Shown in pieces: positions 36,534 through 49,394 of a stretch of DNA of 64,000 nucleotides; position 1 is the first letter of the stretch, and every line of letters starts with the position of its first letter. The DNA is from Lytechinus pictus (taxonomy: Eukaryota): positions 45,510,001 through 45,574,000 of the forward strand of contig NC_087251.1 of NCBI RefSeq assembly GCF_037042905.1. The letters run 5' to 3'. Position numbers and translations under genes: made by a program. Under the pieces are notes generated by a model. That model was not told where the DNA came from. It did no database searches and was given only the letters and a program-made list of their open reading frames with translations.

Positions 36534-36808
36534 CTTGTCCACTGTTGGTAGAGCGTCCTTGATGCTCTGAATTTCTTCTTCAGTAGGGGGCAGTCCGATG
36601 GCCCGTCGACGATAGCGGTCATGTATTGGGCACAACCTCAGGAGAGCGAGAGCCGTAGCTATGGCATAACCGCCCCAGTTACTGACTCCAGCACAGATGA
36701 GGTAATCCGTTGAGGTGACCGTAGCAATAATGTCGCCCTTCGGGATATGGCTCACCACTCTTTCTTTGACCTTGCCCATTCCTATCTCGTTACCGCCATC
36801 TCCAATCC
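36534..36808 (-). CDS. DGLUCY: D-glutamate cyclase, exon 9
   Basis: GIGDGGNEIGMGKV...AGVSNWGGYAIA hallmark motifs of the DGLUCY C-terminal (DUF4392) domain; 275 bp. Confidence 0.95.
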
Positions 36809-37000
36809 CTGCAAAAAATAATAAAAAATATTGAAGTCAAATTTTCCGGAACCAATGAAATAATTACTGTAATTTCAAAAGTTTACAATATAGAAAAAAA
36901 AAATTCACTGCTTTCACAGACCAAAGACGGTTTCAAATAGTACTGTAATTTCAGTTTATGGGCATTTCAAGTAAATAAACAACCTTTTTTGTATGTCCTA

Positions 37001-40000
37001 TGGGGTGTTGCAAGAAAGTTACGTTGCAATTGATTGCAAATCGACTGCAACTTTGCAGCCGATCCCGATCGACTGCAACTAGCAATCAATCGCCAATTTG
37101 CGTTGCAAGAAAAAGGCTTGCGATTGAACGCAAGTTGCAGCTGATTTGCAGACGATTTGCAGCTGTAAACAGGGTCTGCAGCACAAGACTAGCTGATGAA
37201 GCAAAATAATCCTTGCAATAATCGTGATTGTGGAAGAGAGTAAGTAGAAAATATTCATTTTTCACTGCTTTCTTTCTCCATTATGTATGTTTTCAGAGAA
37301 TTTATATGTTTTAGACCTATGCCAGGGAAAAAATTATTTTGTAAAATGTGAAAATGTATCTTTATCGCCAGTCGAAATTTCACCTTCAAATTTTTTTTTA
37401 CCACACAGTTTAAACCCAGTCCCACACTTGACTTTTTGTGTCGGTAATGCACTGTTGTACCAACAACACGGCAGGACATTCCCGGTGCAGTGCTGTTAAA
37501 AATCACCCTGAAGCAAGTAAATTTGTAGGCTCTAATTATGTATGAAACATCGAAAATGACCTTAAAAGATTATTATTGTTCATATTTGAAATGATTTTTA
37601 AGTTATATAAGTTTCAACGGCTAATAACCATCCAGTAAATGGATTCAATGCAGTCGAATGGCCACAACTTTTGAGAAACACTCGACAGAAAGCAATTTTT
37701 TGTTTTTAACTTAAAGGATTTTTAATCTAACGTTAGGCTTTAAATCAAAGACTTCCATTATTAGATCCTCTCCATTAGTCTCTCTTTTTTAAGAGTCTGT
37801 CTAACCTCCCTTTTTATGACTTTCCTTTGCCTGGCCTGGGATAGAATGAAAATTTTGCTCTTGACTTTGGAGGAATTGTTTAGATTTATTTAATATTATT
37901 TTATTTATTTATTCCTTTATTTTTAATTTTTTGGAGGGGGGGGGGGGGTTCTCCACATTTTTCGCCAGGCCAAAAAAACAACAACAAAGGTATAGGGGGT
38001 CTACATGTAGGCCTATATTATTAATTATTTTTAAAGATGTTATTGGGCTATTAAACCTATTGGCCACATCTGCCACATTCTTTGGGAAGTTTTAACATTG
38101 AACAGGGAGTTGCCCGCCCGGGGCTCTTTTTAAAATTTCTTACGGGCAGATTGCACAAGAGGTTCTTTGCAAGGACAGTCTATTTGTGTCGTTGATTTGT
38201 AATGATGTGCCGTATGAGTCACATTTTTAATATCCATCACATATAAATATAAAAAGATATAGGGCCTACATGTAAGCCTAAATAAATCTATTTTTTAGAT
38301 TCAATATGTAGGTCTACTATGCCGGGGGGAAGGTACTTAGATTTGGTTTGGACAAATTCACAAAGGTGTGCGGCTGAAGGTTTGAAACCCGTACCCATAT
38401 TTACAGGTCATTTCGGCTAAAAAGGTACCCATTATTAGGGATTCATTACAGGGGCGGATCCAGGATTTCCACAAGGGGGGGGGGGCACATTTTCGCCTGG
38501 AAAACTTGACAAGCAAAAAAAAAAGAAAAAAGTTATCGCCCAAAATGTAAGGTAATTTTGTATTTGCACCAAAGACAAGAGTAGAATATGGACCCATGTT
38601 TAAGGCCAGTATCTAAAAATTGGGCCATGTTTAGGGATTTTCCAGCATAAAATCATACCCCATGTTTAGGGATTTCTTCCAAAAAGGCGACCCATTCCAG
38701 CGGCACATCCCCATATGCATTATTTTGTGAGTCCCCCCCCCCCCCCCCGGGCTACTATTTAACTGACTCTAGTGTTAACTTGATTTTTATGCAAGCACAT
38801 GAGGTGCTATATAGATGACAGATTTTTTTTCACTTTAAATTGTTTAATGGATGATTACAATGCTTTTCCAGGTGCTTACAGTAAAAGGGTGTCTCATATG
38901 GTGCATCATTATCATTTTATTAATATTGAATGCATAATCATGATTTTTTTTTTACATCCTTTTACATCAAGCACAATACTCGGGGGGGGGGGGGGGCATA
39001 TGGTCCCCCTTCACATTTTTCAGAATAAATCTGCCACTCAAAATTTTATTACCGCACCACTGACTGGCGTTTTACTTTCAAGTCTCGCGCAACTTTTGAG
39101 ACCAAATTTGCAATTCCCAGGTACAGGGTCAGGAAATTTTGCAACATTGTGTTTGTTTAAGTACATGTCAGACAAAAACATGATTACATGTAAAAAGTTA
39201 ATTGGGTAATTTTTTTTATTGACAATAGTAATTTAATGTCACTGATGAACTTTGTCTTGAAAATAACAAAAACAAAAAATACATTTAAGAAGTTAAGAAA
39301 AAATATTTAAAAAAAAACATGAAAGGATTTTTTTTTATACCAGATTTTTTAAAGTAAAGTTGTTAGGAATGCTCTAGAAAGGAATATGTACACCAAAGTT
39401 TAGCATTCTATTACAAGCTTTTTTTAGTAAATTAAAGCAAAAGGTATGATTCATAATTTTTTATTGCGCCGCCCATAGCTGAGGAACCATAGTACCCCTC
39501 CCCAGGACAGAAGTGACTTTAATCAAAACACCCTGGGACTACTATAATGATTAACACACTGGCAACTGAGCTTAACTTGTATATTAATTTCATGAACATG
39601 TTTTATCTCTTTGCTTTTTGCTTTTAATTGCTTACTACAGTTATGACAAGGAAGTCTGGAATAAACCGAACCACCATAACTGTGTCTGCTACCATGTGTG
39701 TTCTTGCAACCAGCTGATTGATTCATTTTATCAACTCTTGAATGGTAGGTTACATGTAAACTGTATTATTATTAATAATTCACCATGATTGTAATGCGGA
39801 TGGGGGTGAAATCTGTACACATTGACCAAAGGATAATGCAAAATGAAAAAAAGGCAAACACAAATCTCTATCTTGACTGGACTTCTCAGCAATGAAGACA
39901 TCCCATTGATGGGGGGGGGGGGGAGGGGAGGGGGCGGTTGTTGTGCTCATCCAAGGTGTACTGTATGAAAGTGTGTATTTTGCTTTCATTGATTTAATTT

Positions 40001-41763
40001 ATTGCATATTTTAATTTCCATGATTCATTTATTTGGGGAAAAACAATCAGTTCACACTTTTTTAGATTACATCATGGCAAATTGCCAATTACTATGGTCT
40101 CAGGAGTAAGCCACTTTCCCTCTATCATATCATCATGTCGGTGCAAACAACGCCCTTACCAGCAGGCATAGGGGCATTTCTGCACCAATGGGGTGCACAA
40201 AACTGTTTTGCTAAGGGCGTTTTTGCACTGAAAGGACAAAATTTGAACTAACCCAAGCTACATGTATGTATAGTTATGGGCTTGCATTATTTCCTATATT
40301 ATTATTTTTTTATGGACAGGTTGATTATCAGAACTGAATTCAGAGCTGCTCCTGTCTGTAGTAAGATCATTTAGAGTGGACTTCAGAATGAGGGCGTTGC
40401 TTGTTTAAAATCTTCACTCCATGAAGCTCTCCAAATTCATCTCAAATTAGACTGCTTCTGGAAACCAGATTTGTTCCTTCAAGCAGAGACGCTTGTGGCT
40501 TTCCTGACTGGACTTCTATGGATTCTTCATGCCAACCTTAAGGACTGTGGTCTTCTGCATGATACGTCAATTTCAAACAAGACATTCTGTGGTGAAACAC
40601 TTGATGTAGATGATATGAAATTTTATTTCATATAACTGAATCTCAGAAGTAATTCCTCGGGAGCAAGAAACATTGAAAAATAAAAATAAAAGGTCCATCA
40701 ATAATGAATGTCTTGAGCAGTGTTCTTTTTTTGTGCACAGATCAATGGATCTTTTCAAGTCCAAGCAGGGATGTAGTCAATGCTGACCTCGAGGCAACAT
40801 TTTGCTGGCCTTGGTCCGAGTCACTGTACAGAATCTATGGGAAGTTCTCTCAAGCTGCCTCATGACTCGGAAGAATCAGCCTCGACCTCATCCCTGTATG
40901 CAAGTGTGATATATATCTACGATGCAATCTTATGATTAAAGAGAGCTTCAGATTTTGAAGTGTAGCAATCTCCTGAAATGTATGTTTTATTTGAAAATCA
41001 AACTAAAATAACTTAATTGGGCATGTTATTCATTATGATATGTATGAATGAAAGCATTTAAGCAATTTAGTGCTCTTGCAAAATAAATTCTGAGTTGTAT
41101 TTACTGCAAACCCTCAGATATATTTATAAGCATTTGCCAGTGCATGAAGTGTTTTAATAAAGAGTGGCTTTTGTGCCTATGGAGAGTTATTATTTCTTCA
41201 ACATTTCTTCATACAAATTATTTCAGAAATCACAATTTGAATATTCCATGACCTCTGATAACAAGAGCAGAATATTTTTGGTGATTGACACACTTTAAAA
41301 TGATATTAGGAGAGAATGTACTGAAATTGTGTGAAAATAATGGCATAATTGCTGAAGAGGCCTATAAAGATTGAAAATAACATTATTTCAAGTTTTTCTT
41401 GAAAAAAACCCATGGAAAATTGAAAATGGCATAATTAATTACACAAGTTTTCAAAACAAAATACAAAAAAAAAATTTTTTGCAGAATTTTTAGTACACAA
41501 GCCTATGGACAATCAATTGAACGTAAATCGAACGCAAATTTTGCGCGTCCTCCAAAATCTCACATAAGTTACGTTCGATGTGCAATCAATCGCAAAGCTT
41601 GCGCTTGATCTACGTTCAATTGATCAAACGCAACTTCTTCTTGCAACAGGATTGAACGTAACTTGCGTTCAATTGCAGATTTGCGTTTAATCGGAGGACT
41701 TACGCTCAATTTTGGGAGTTGCGTTCGATTTGCGTTCAATCGCAAGTTTCTTGCAACACCCCA
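37001..41763. mobile_element. 4.8 kb non-autonomous PIF/Harbinger-like element filling most of DGLUCY intron 8
   Basis: CTA|TGGGGTGTTGCAAGAAA ... TTTCTTGCAACACCCCA|CTA (17-bp TIR, 3-bp TSD); TTGCGTTCAAT-type subterminal repeats; nested MITEs ~38323-38750. Confidence 0.85.
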
Positions 41764-41912
41764 CTAGTGTAACCCAATTTGTCTCAGATTCTTACTTTTA
41801 CTCCTTATTTCTGCAAAATAGAAGATAGAGGATGCAAAATAAAGAGGATAGTTTTCACAAAGCATAGTGGCAATCAAATAGTCAAATCAACATCTATTGA
41901 TAAGTCACTCAC

Positions 41913-42170
41913 CTGTGGTAAATACATGTCCCACATCTCTCGCTGCATTAAACAGAGCATCGATCCCTCCAACCTTCGCATTATTGACTCTCCCAGAGGC
42001 TGAATGGTAGAGTCCATCTTGACCCACTCCGGCTCGCTCTATCGCCACCAGGTGATCGAACCTAGGAGTTTGGCCATCTTGGGAGGTCAGGAAGGATACA
42101 GCATTCTCTTTGGAGGCGGACTGACCAGTAGGAGGGTAGCATTCTATAGGAATGGTCTTGGACAGGACAC
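41913..42170 (-). CDS. DGLUCY: D-glutamate cyclase, exon 8
   Basis: PRFDHLVAIERAG..DGLYHSASG...IDALF; 258 bp, phases 1/1. Confidence 0.93.
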
Positions 42171-42722
42171 CTGATGGAATAAAACATTTAACCATTTTGT
42201 GGATCAGATCTTAATTATATATTTCAATTAATTTTTCGGTACATTGTCGTTTTCATGATTAATGAAAAATTCAGATAACACCTATCATTCAATAAAAGTA
42301 AAGACTAAAATCTTTTAGTCTGGAGTTTGACCAATTGGGCGTTCATAGATTACAAGCAACTTTACGAATGACTGGTGATCCCTTCTTACAAACTAAATCA
42401 ACACCTATGCAAATATCATACCTCAGTCAAATTTGCTCTACGGCGGCCGTACGGCGAGTCGAAAACAGCCGTTTTATTCATTTTCATTCAAACCACCTAT
42501 ATGTAGCTGTTACAAACAATGTTAAAACAGCTCTTTTCGACTCGTCGCATGGTCGCCCTAGAGCAAATGTGACTGAGGTATTAACCACAAGAAATTAAGG
42601 GTCACCAGTCACTTGTACCTTACGAAAAGCTTTATGAAACACCCTTCTAGGATCAATAAATCATGCAAGGTCTCCAGACAAACAAATGCTATGTCACCAA
42701 GAAGATTCAATTCCATACCAAC

Positions 42723-42989
42723 CTCTTTCTACTAACATGTCTACCAGTTTGATCATCCATCCAAGAAGTCCTCCAACATCATCTATCACTAGCACCACGT
42801 CTTTGCCAAGGACCTGGAGCATGGTTGCCATGGCGATAGCTCCTGGAGGTCCGTCGGTCTCAAAGAGGTTGTCTCCCTCAAGCTTCACCGGGAAACCGGT
42901 CGTTACGGCAACTGATTTTGCATGGGAGAGTGACAGGGCAGCCTTCAGGAGATCGTCTTCTACAAGGAGATGGCCAATTTGCCGCTTTC
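42723..42989 (-). CDS. DGLUCY: D-glutamate cyclase, exon 7
   Basis: LLKAALSLSHAKSVAVTTGFP...ETDGPPGAIAMA; 267 bp, phases 1/1. Confidence 0.93.
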
Positions 42990-43385
42990 CTGTACATTTT
43001 TATTTGAAAATAGCACAGCAAATGTAAATCTATTTTTCTTAAATAATTATCATTTTTGGTAATGTGTATATAACCAAAAATATTTCACACAATTAAATAA
43101 AATACAAAATGAAAGATATCATATCCATTTTAGGTCAAGATATATGTCACGCATTTTTAAAGAATACCAGTAGAAATTATTTTTCAATAAAATTGAAAAA
43201 AAAAATTAAATGTGAACCTAACCAAAATAATTTAAACAAGAATATGAAAATTTATGCAACACATGTTGATAAATCTGTTCTAAGTACAATATGAATTGTA
43301 TTCTCACCCACAATAACAAATTTCATCCACCATTTTGAGTTTAATTTTAGTTGTTGGATGATGTTTTTTAAAGATTTGATCTTAC

Positions 43386-43586
43386 CTATATCCTCAATTG
43401 CTGCAGTTTCAAGTTTCTTAATCCTATCCATGGTAGCCTGAGAGAGGGTGCTCCCCAGGGGTGGGGTATCAGCAAGCCAGACTACCCTGGGGAGATCCTC
43501 TGGGGGTGGGTTGGGGTTGGGTTTCGTGCAGGGGGAATCCGTCAGAAGCATGCTACCAGGTCTGTGTGTGAAAGCCAATGGTAGTT
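43386..43586 (-). CDS. DGLUCY: D-glutamate cyclase, exon 6
   Basis: LPLAFTHRPGSMLLTD...IKKLETAAIEDI G|GTAAG; 201 bp, phases 1/1. Confidence 0.9.
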
Positions 43587-45092
43587 CTGGAAAACAAAGA
43601 AAAAAGAAAAAAAAAGAGATGCAAAATTTATCTCTATATAATTTAACCAATTGAAGAGAAGAGTAAAAAGCACCACTTTACTATCATATACCAGAAGGGG
43701 TAGATACAGCTAGATTAAACATTGTGGCAGCGGAAGCCAAAAAGTTTAGGGGGGGGGTCCACCTGAAATTTTGGGATGGACACAGGTAAAAAAAGAATTA
43801 AAAGCAAAAAAAAAAAAAAAGTTATAAACCAAGATTTTAGGGAGGGGGCAAATTTTTTTTAAGGGGGTTGTCCACCTGAATTTAGAGGAGGGACGTAGGA
43901 AATAAAATTCACAAGCAAACAAAAAGAAAAAAAGGTTAACAAAAAATTTAGGGGGGCCATCCCCCCCACATCAAATTTAGGGGGGACAGGTCCCCCTGCC
44001 TATGATTAGACACAATATTTTAGACAGCCCCATTGTTGCGTACAGACAGTATAGCCATGAAATGGCACTGTATCTTACTAGGCTGGATTTGCAACTGTAC
44101 CATGTTTGCCTATTACTGCACCAAATGGATTTAAGGAGGAGCAATATTTAATTCATCATTTGATTACAATATTTCATTTCATTTATTTACATCTCCAACA
44201 TTTACAATATGTTTTGTTCCATACATCTTGATAATCAATAGAACAAGGAAAATGTATATTACAATAATCAAGATAACTATTCAAACAGGCTGGAAATGTA
44301 GGAGGCTGCTGAAAAGCGGAGCTTGTAGAGTGCAGCCTCCTAATAAACTATTTGTATAAACAGTATAAACAGAAACAAATACAACATGGTGAGAATTTGG
44401 GTATAAATCCAGTTAAATGTAAATCAAATTTAAAAAAATGAGAGAAAGAGAAAATGAAAGAAAGATTGAAAGTCTCCAGCTTTTGGAAGCTAATGGATTT
44501 AATATTCAACTGTAACTATTTGACGGGGTACTCAAGGCTAGACATACTTTGACAGATGGAATAAAATCAGACAAACATACCACTGAGAAATTTATCAAAA
44601 TCTGACAATTCATCGAAACCATAATGCATTATTTTGGGGACCAGTTCTATGCCTGTCTTCATGAAAATGCAACAAGCAAGCTGATGTCATATTCCAAATA
44701 TTTCTTTTGTATTCTATCATATGAAATTATATTCATTAAAATTTCTCCAAGAATGTAAAAGATGGATTGACTACTGATTTAATGAATAAGATCATAATAG
44801 CTGCAATGTATTTTGTTACAAAGGGTACATATCATATAAAACTATTAATTCATGCAATTAATACAATTAATAATATAAATAAAAAAAGAAAAAGAGGGAA
44901 CATGGCATCATCCGCTAATTTTTGAGCATATCTCCATGCATATAACCATTTTTACAAAATATTGCTAAACTATCTTAAGAATTTTACCATACTTATTTGG
45001 ATATAATAATTTTCATCCTGGTGTACCTCGATGTAAAAATAGACCCCACAATGGCAGAACGAGAGTAAATTGTTTAAATCGTTTACACTTAC

Positions 45093-45212
45093 TGGCAGCT
45101 TTGACAGTTTCTAGACCAGTGACACCACACGGCCAGAACACTGCAACATCTCCTTCATGAAATCGAGTAGCTATCCCATAGTCAACCTTTTCAACATCTA
45201 TGCCGATGACAG
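45093..45212 (-). CDS. DGLUCY: D-glutamate cyclase, exon 5
   Basis: VIGIDVEKVDYG...GDVAVFWPCGVTGLE (DUF1445 FWxCGVT motif); 120 bp, phases 1/1. Confidence 0.9.
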
Positions 45213-45359
45213 CTAAATGACAAAGGGATAATAAAATTATTTATATCTTATTTATTTACATTTATTGGCATTATAATTATATTGGATGGCTCAGAATGGG
45301 ATATCACAAATATCCAAAAATTAGTGCCATAGTAAAATCAATATTTAGATGATTGCAGC

Positions 45360-45635
45360 CAGTGGCGGACCGTGACCCGGAGGAGACAAAGCAATGGAGG
45401 GGCACAGCTTTGTTCACAAACAATACAGTGCCCCTCCAATCATTGTCTCCTCCAGGGGAGTGTTTCATCAACATTTTCATCCGACAAGTTGTCAGATCTG
45501 ACATCTTTCTCTGATGTTGATTGGCTGAGAGGTACTGTTACTATGGTAACTGTCGGATAAAATGGGACTTGTCGGATAAAACGTCCGACAAGTCCTTTCA
45601 TGAAACGCCCCCCAGGTCACGCGGGTCCGCCACTG
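45360..45635. mobile_element. hAT-type MITE with perfect 8-bp TSD, containing a nested Harbinger-type MITE (45456-45613)
   Basis: ATTGCAGC|CAGTGGCGGACC ... GGTCCGCCACTG|ATTGCAGC; inner GGGGAGTGTTTCAT ... ATGAAACGCCCCC. Confidence 0.85.
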
Positions 45636-45653
45636 ATTGCAGCATTGGCACTA

Positions 45654-47422
45654 CAGTGCGTCCCAAAAAAAACTATACACTTTTGAAATGGCTGCCAAAT
45701 AAAAAATGTATCATTTTGGGGGAAAAGACTTATAGATAAGGAAAGCCTATAACGTCAACTTTCAAATGACACCAAAAAGTTTGAAAACTATTCATGCTTG
45801 AGCGAGCACTGCCCACTGAAACAAAGGGTATGAAAATTAGGGTGGGCTGGAATTAGCCTTCCAATTTCTTTCAGGTTTTTTTGTTTGGTACTTGCAAAGT
45901 TGATGGTAATTTGGTGAATTAAAGATCAGTTGTGATCAGTTTGTTGTTTGTGACAATTTAATGCGTTATTAAATTGAAATTTAATGCACGAGTGATCATG
46001 AATTGGGTGCAGCATTTTGTCTTATCGTGTGGATCTCAACAATGTGTTCACGACAGTCAGGAGAAGAGGGGGTAATATGACTTAGGTAGGTGAAGTACGT
46101 TGATGGGATAAAGGTCAACAGAACATTTAGCAACCCCTTTCTCTATCTCAACCCCCCCCCCCCCCGCTTCTCTCCTCCTGAGAGACTACGCTCAGCTAGG
46201 CTGGGCAGGAATTAGCCTTACAGTTTTTTTAGTGGTTAGTCCTTTGGAACTTGTTAAGCTAAATTAATGAGTGAGATAAGTTTGGGTTTCTTAGGCAAAT
46301 TTTATGAGTTACTAAATTGAAATTTAATGCATGAGTGAACAGGAATTGTGATTTTATTGTAGCATATTCATCTTGTGAACCTCAGAAGTGTGTTCATGAG
46401 AGTCAGAGTAATGTGATGGTACCCGTTACAAGCAAGAGGGCGAGATATGCTTAGACTTGGTTAAAAGGGCATTCCTCTTCTTTTTTTCATTTTACAAATT
46501 AAAAGTCATATGTACCCTCCCCTCTCCACCTCCATTTCCCAGCCCCCCCCCCCTCTCTCTATCTCACTTCCTGCATTGTAGCCTATTCAAAACTTAACTG
46601 CCAAGTGACTGGTGGCTGATGGTCAGGGTTTTTTTCAATGATTACCAAGAAATTTAATGATTAATGAAATAATTAATTGAAAAAAAGGAATGTTTGATTG
46701 ATCACCTTGCACATTGAATAAGTTGATTTACTGATAAATTGTTGATTAAATGATTGATAGGAAAAATTTGATGTCCCAATTCAGAATTAATCATAATCAA
46801 CATTCTGCTCTGGACTCCACGCGTACATGACAATAGCCATCAATCTCTCAACAGGAGGGGAGGGCGGGAAAGAGGGAGGGGGCGGGGGCTGAATGTTCTG
46901 TTGACCCTTATTCCATCAACCTACTTCTCTCACTTAAGTCCTATCTCACCCCCTATTCTCCCGACTCCCATGAACACATTGCTGAGATCCACATGATAAA
47001 TTTGAAATGCTGCCCAAAAGAGATCCAAATGATAAAGTTGAAATGCTGCCCAAAAAGTGTAATTTGTGTTCACTCATGCATTAAAGTTCAATTTAATAAT
47101 TTATAAAATTTGCTTAAGCAACCAAAACTGGTCATGGTTGATCATTAATTTATCACATCGCCCTTAACTTTGCAAGTTCGAAAGGATTTGCCTCTCAAAA
47201 ACTTACATAAATTGGAAGGCTAATTCCAGCCCACCCTAATTTTCATACCCTTTGTTTCAGTGGGCAGTGCTCGCTCAAGCATTAATAGTTTTCCAACCTT
47301 TTGGTGTCATTTGAAAGTTGACTTTATTGGCTTTCCATATATGTAAGTCTTTTCCCCCAAAATGCTACATTTTGTATTTGGCAGCCATTTCAAAAGTGTA
47401 TAGTTTTTTTTGGGACGCACTG
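45654..47422. mobile_element. Tc1/mariner-type non-autonomous fold-back element with long TIRs
   Basis: TA|CAGTGCGTCCCAAAAAAAACTATACACTTTTG ... CAAAAGTGTATAGTTTTTTTTGGGACGCACTG|TA; >200 bp near-identical arms, weaker homology further in. Confidence 0.9.
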
Positions 47423-47751
47423 TATAATGAGTTGCATGATTCTGATATCCCATAAAAGCCATCCAATAAAATTATTATCATCTTTATAACGATCATTATT
47501 CATTAGACTGTGCAATACGGCATGATATTCCACAGGAAAATAATGCACTATATCGAAAATAAAGCAAAGGCGATAGATCACATCCAATGAAACAAGAATT
47601 ATAGCAGTGAAAGTGTGACATTGCGGGTTCTTTACAAGACTTAGTACCTTTGGGGTGTGAGTGAACACAGCTGAAATTGCAAGTTCACAAAAAGTCGAGA
47701 AAATAAATTAGCTGAACTGAGCTAAACAAACCAAACTGTAAAACACTTGTA

Positions 47752-48559
47752 CAGTGCGTCCCAGAAAAAACGAAACCGAGATTTAGCGATGATTTATCAT
47801 AACTTAATCATAAATAAAATAGACAAATGACCTACCAATGTAAAGCTTAGAATCTCCTCTTTCATCTGGTATTACTTAGATTATTCCTCATTCACGCATA
47901 ATTGAGCAAAAACAATTCGAAGAAAGGATGCCAAATACTCATTTGGCGGGGGGTATCTGAATTTCAAAAAGAAAATCACATGACTAAAAAGTTAAATATC
48001 TTCTCTTTTCTTTGATACCTAAATCACAGAAAATGGTCAAGTAGTAAAAAAGTTATGATCCCTCGAAACAATGCTTGTATTTCCATAATTTCATTAAATA
48101 AACGTGTTTTCACCGGTTTCCCACTGAAGCTATCGCACGGTAACAAAGGACTTAATGCATGGCTGATCGTCAACAAAACGGAGTGTGAACGCTAGCCTGT
48201 AAAACCTCTTCATTTTATGAAATTATTGAAATTCAAGCCTTGTTTCAAATAACCAGAACTTTGTTATTTCTTGACCATTTTCTGTAATTGAGGTATCAAA
48301 TTAAAGAGCAGATATTGAACTTTATAAAAATGTGGTTTTCTTTTTAAAACCCAGATACGGCCCGCCAAGTGACTTTTTGGTATCCCCTTTTCAAATTGTG
48401 TTTGCTCACTCATGCGTGAATGAGAAATAATCTAAGTAATTTCAGATAAAAGAGGAGATTCTAAGCTTTACAATGGTAGGTCATTTGTCTATTGTATTTG
48501 CGATTAAGTTATGATAAATCATCGATAAATCTCGGTTTCGTTTTTTGTGGGACGCACTG
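47752..48559. mobile_element. Second Tc1/mariner-type fold-back element sharing the CAGTGCGTCCCA terminus
   Basis: TA|CAGTGCGTCCCAGAAAAAACGAAACCGAGATTT ... AAATCTCGGTTTCGTTTTTTGTGGGACGCACTG|TA. Confidence 0.9.
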
Positions 48560-48626
48560 TATATCAATTGGCTACAAAACAGCAATTTTTTTCTATCACT
48601 TGGTTCACTAATATAGACAAACTAAC

Positions 48627-48777
48627 CCGGATCTCCTATGTGCATCGGGGCTCCATGGACGTCTCCCAGCGGATGGGTAATCTGATAACTCTTCTCAACC
48701 AATTCCTTAGGTATGGGCTTCATGGAAACTACCTGGTTACCATAGAAACAGCCATACCCATGACACTGAACATTGCT
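48627..48777 (-). CDS. DGLUCY: D-glutamate cyclase, exon 4
   Basis: SNVQCHGYGCFYGNQVVSMKPIP...HGAPMHIGDP; 151 bp, phases 0/1. Confidence 0.92.
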
Positions 48778-49394
48778 CTGGAAGGGATAGGAGAAAATGA
48801 CCGAAATTAGTGTTCAGAAAACATTTGAAACCGTGAATGAATATCACTCAAGGATACTGTAATTCCAATGAGGAATATATAAATTGGTCTTTATTATAGT
48901 GCAAAATACCTTAAATACTGTACCAACATTTTCAACCCATTAAAAACTGGATCCTCAACAGTAACAACTATTTGTAATACATAATTACATTATGGTCTAC
49001 TCTGCACTTTTAATTTCTCCAATGTCAAATTAGTAAGATTATCTGTTACTCTAATATCTAATTGGTCTAAATTATGTAGGTTGAAATACTTGAAAGTGCT
49101 GCAAATAACATGGAGCAATGCTCTAGGCCAAGGCCGGAAATCTCTCCCCAAAGGTAGGGGGGACCAGGGGCTGGAAAATTTGACTAGCCCCCCCCCCCAA
49201 AAAAAAAAGGGTTATCACCAAAAAAGTATGGTCATCTCGTCCAAAATACATGTCTTATTTCGTTTTTGAATGATGTATTTCTTTCCATCATTTAAGACCC
49301 AAAATAGTAGGGGGGACATTTGATATTGTGTCCCCCCTACTATTTTGGGTGGGGGGGGGGGGGGGACACGTCCCCCCTGGGATTTCCGCCCATG

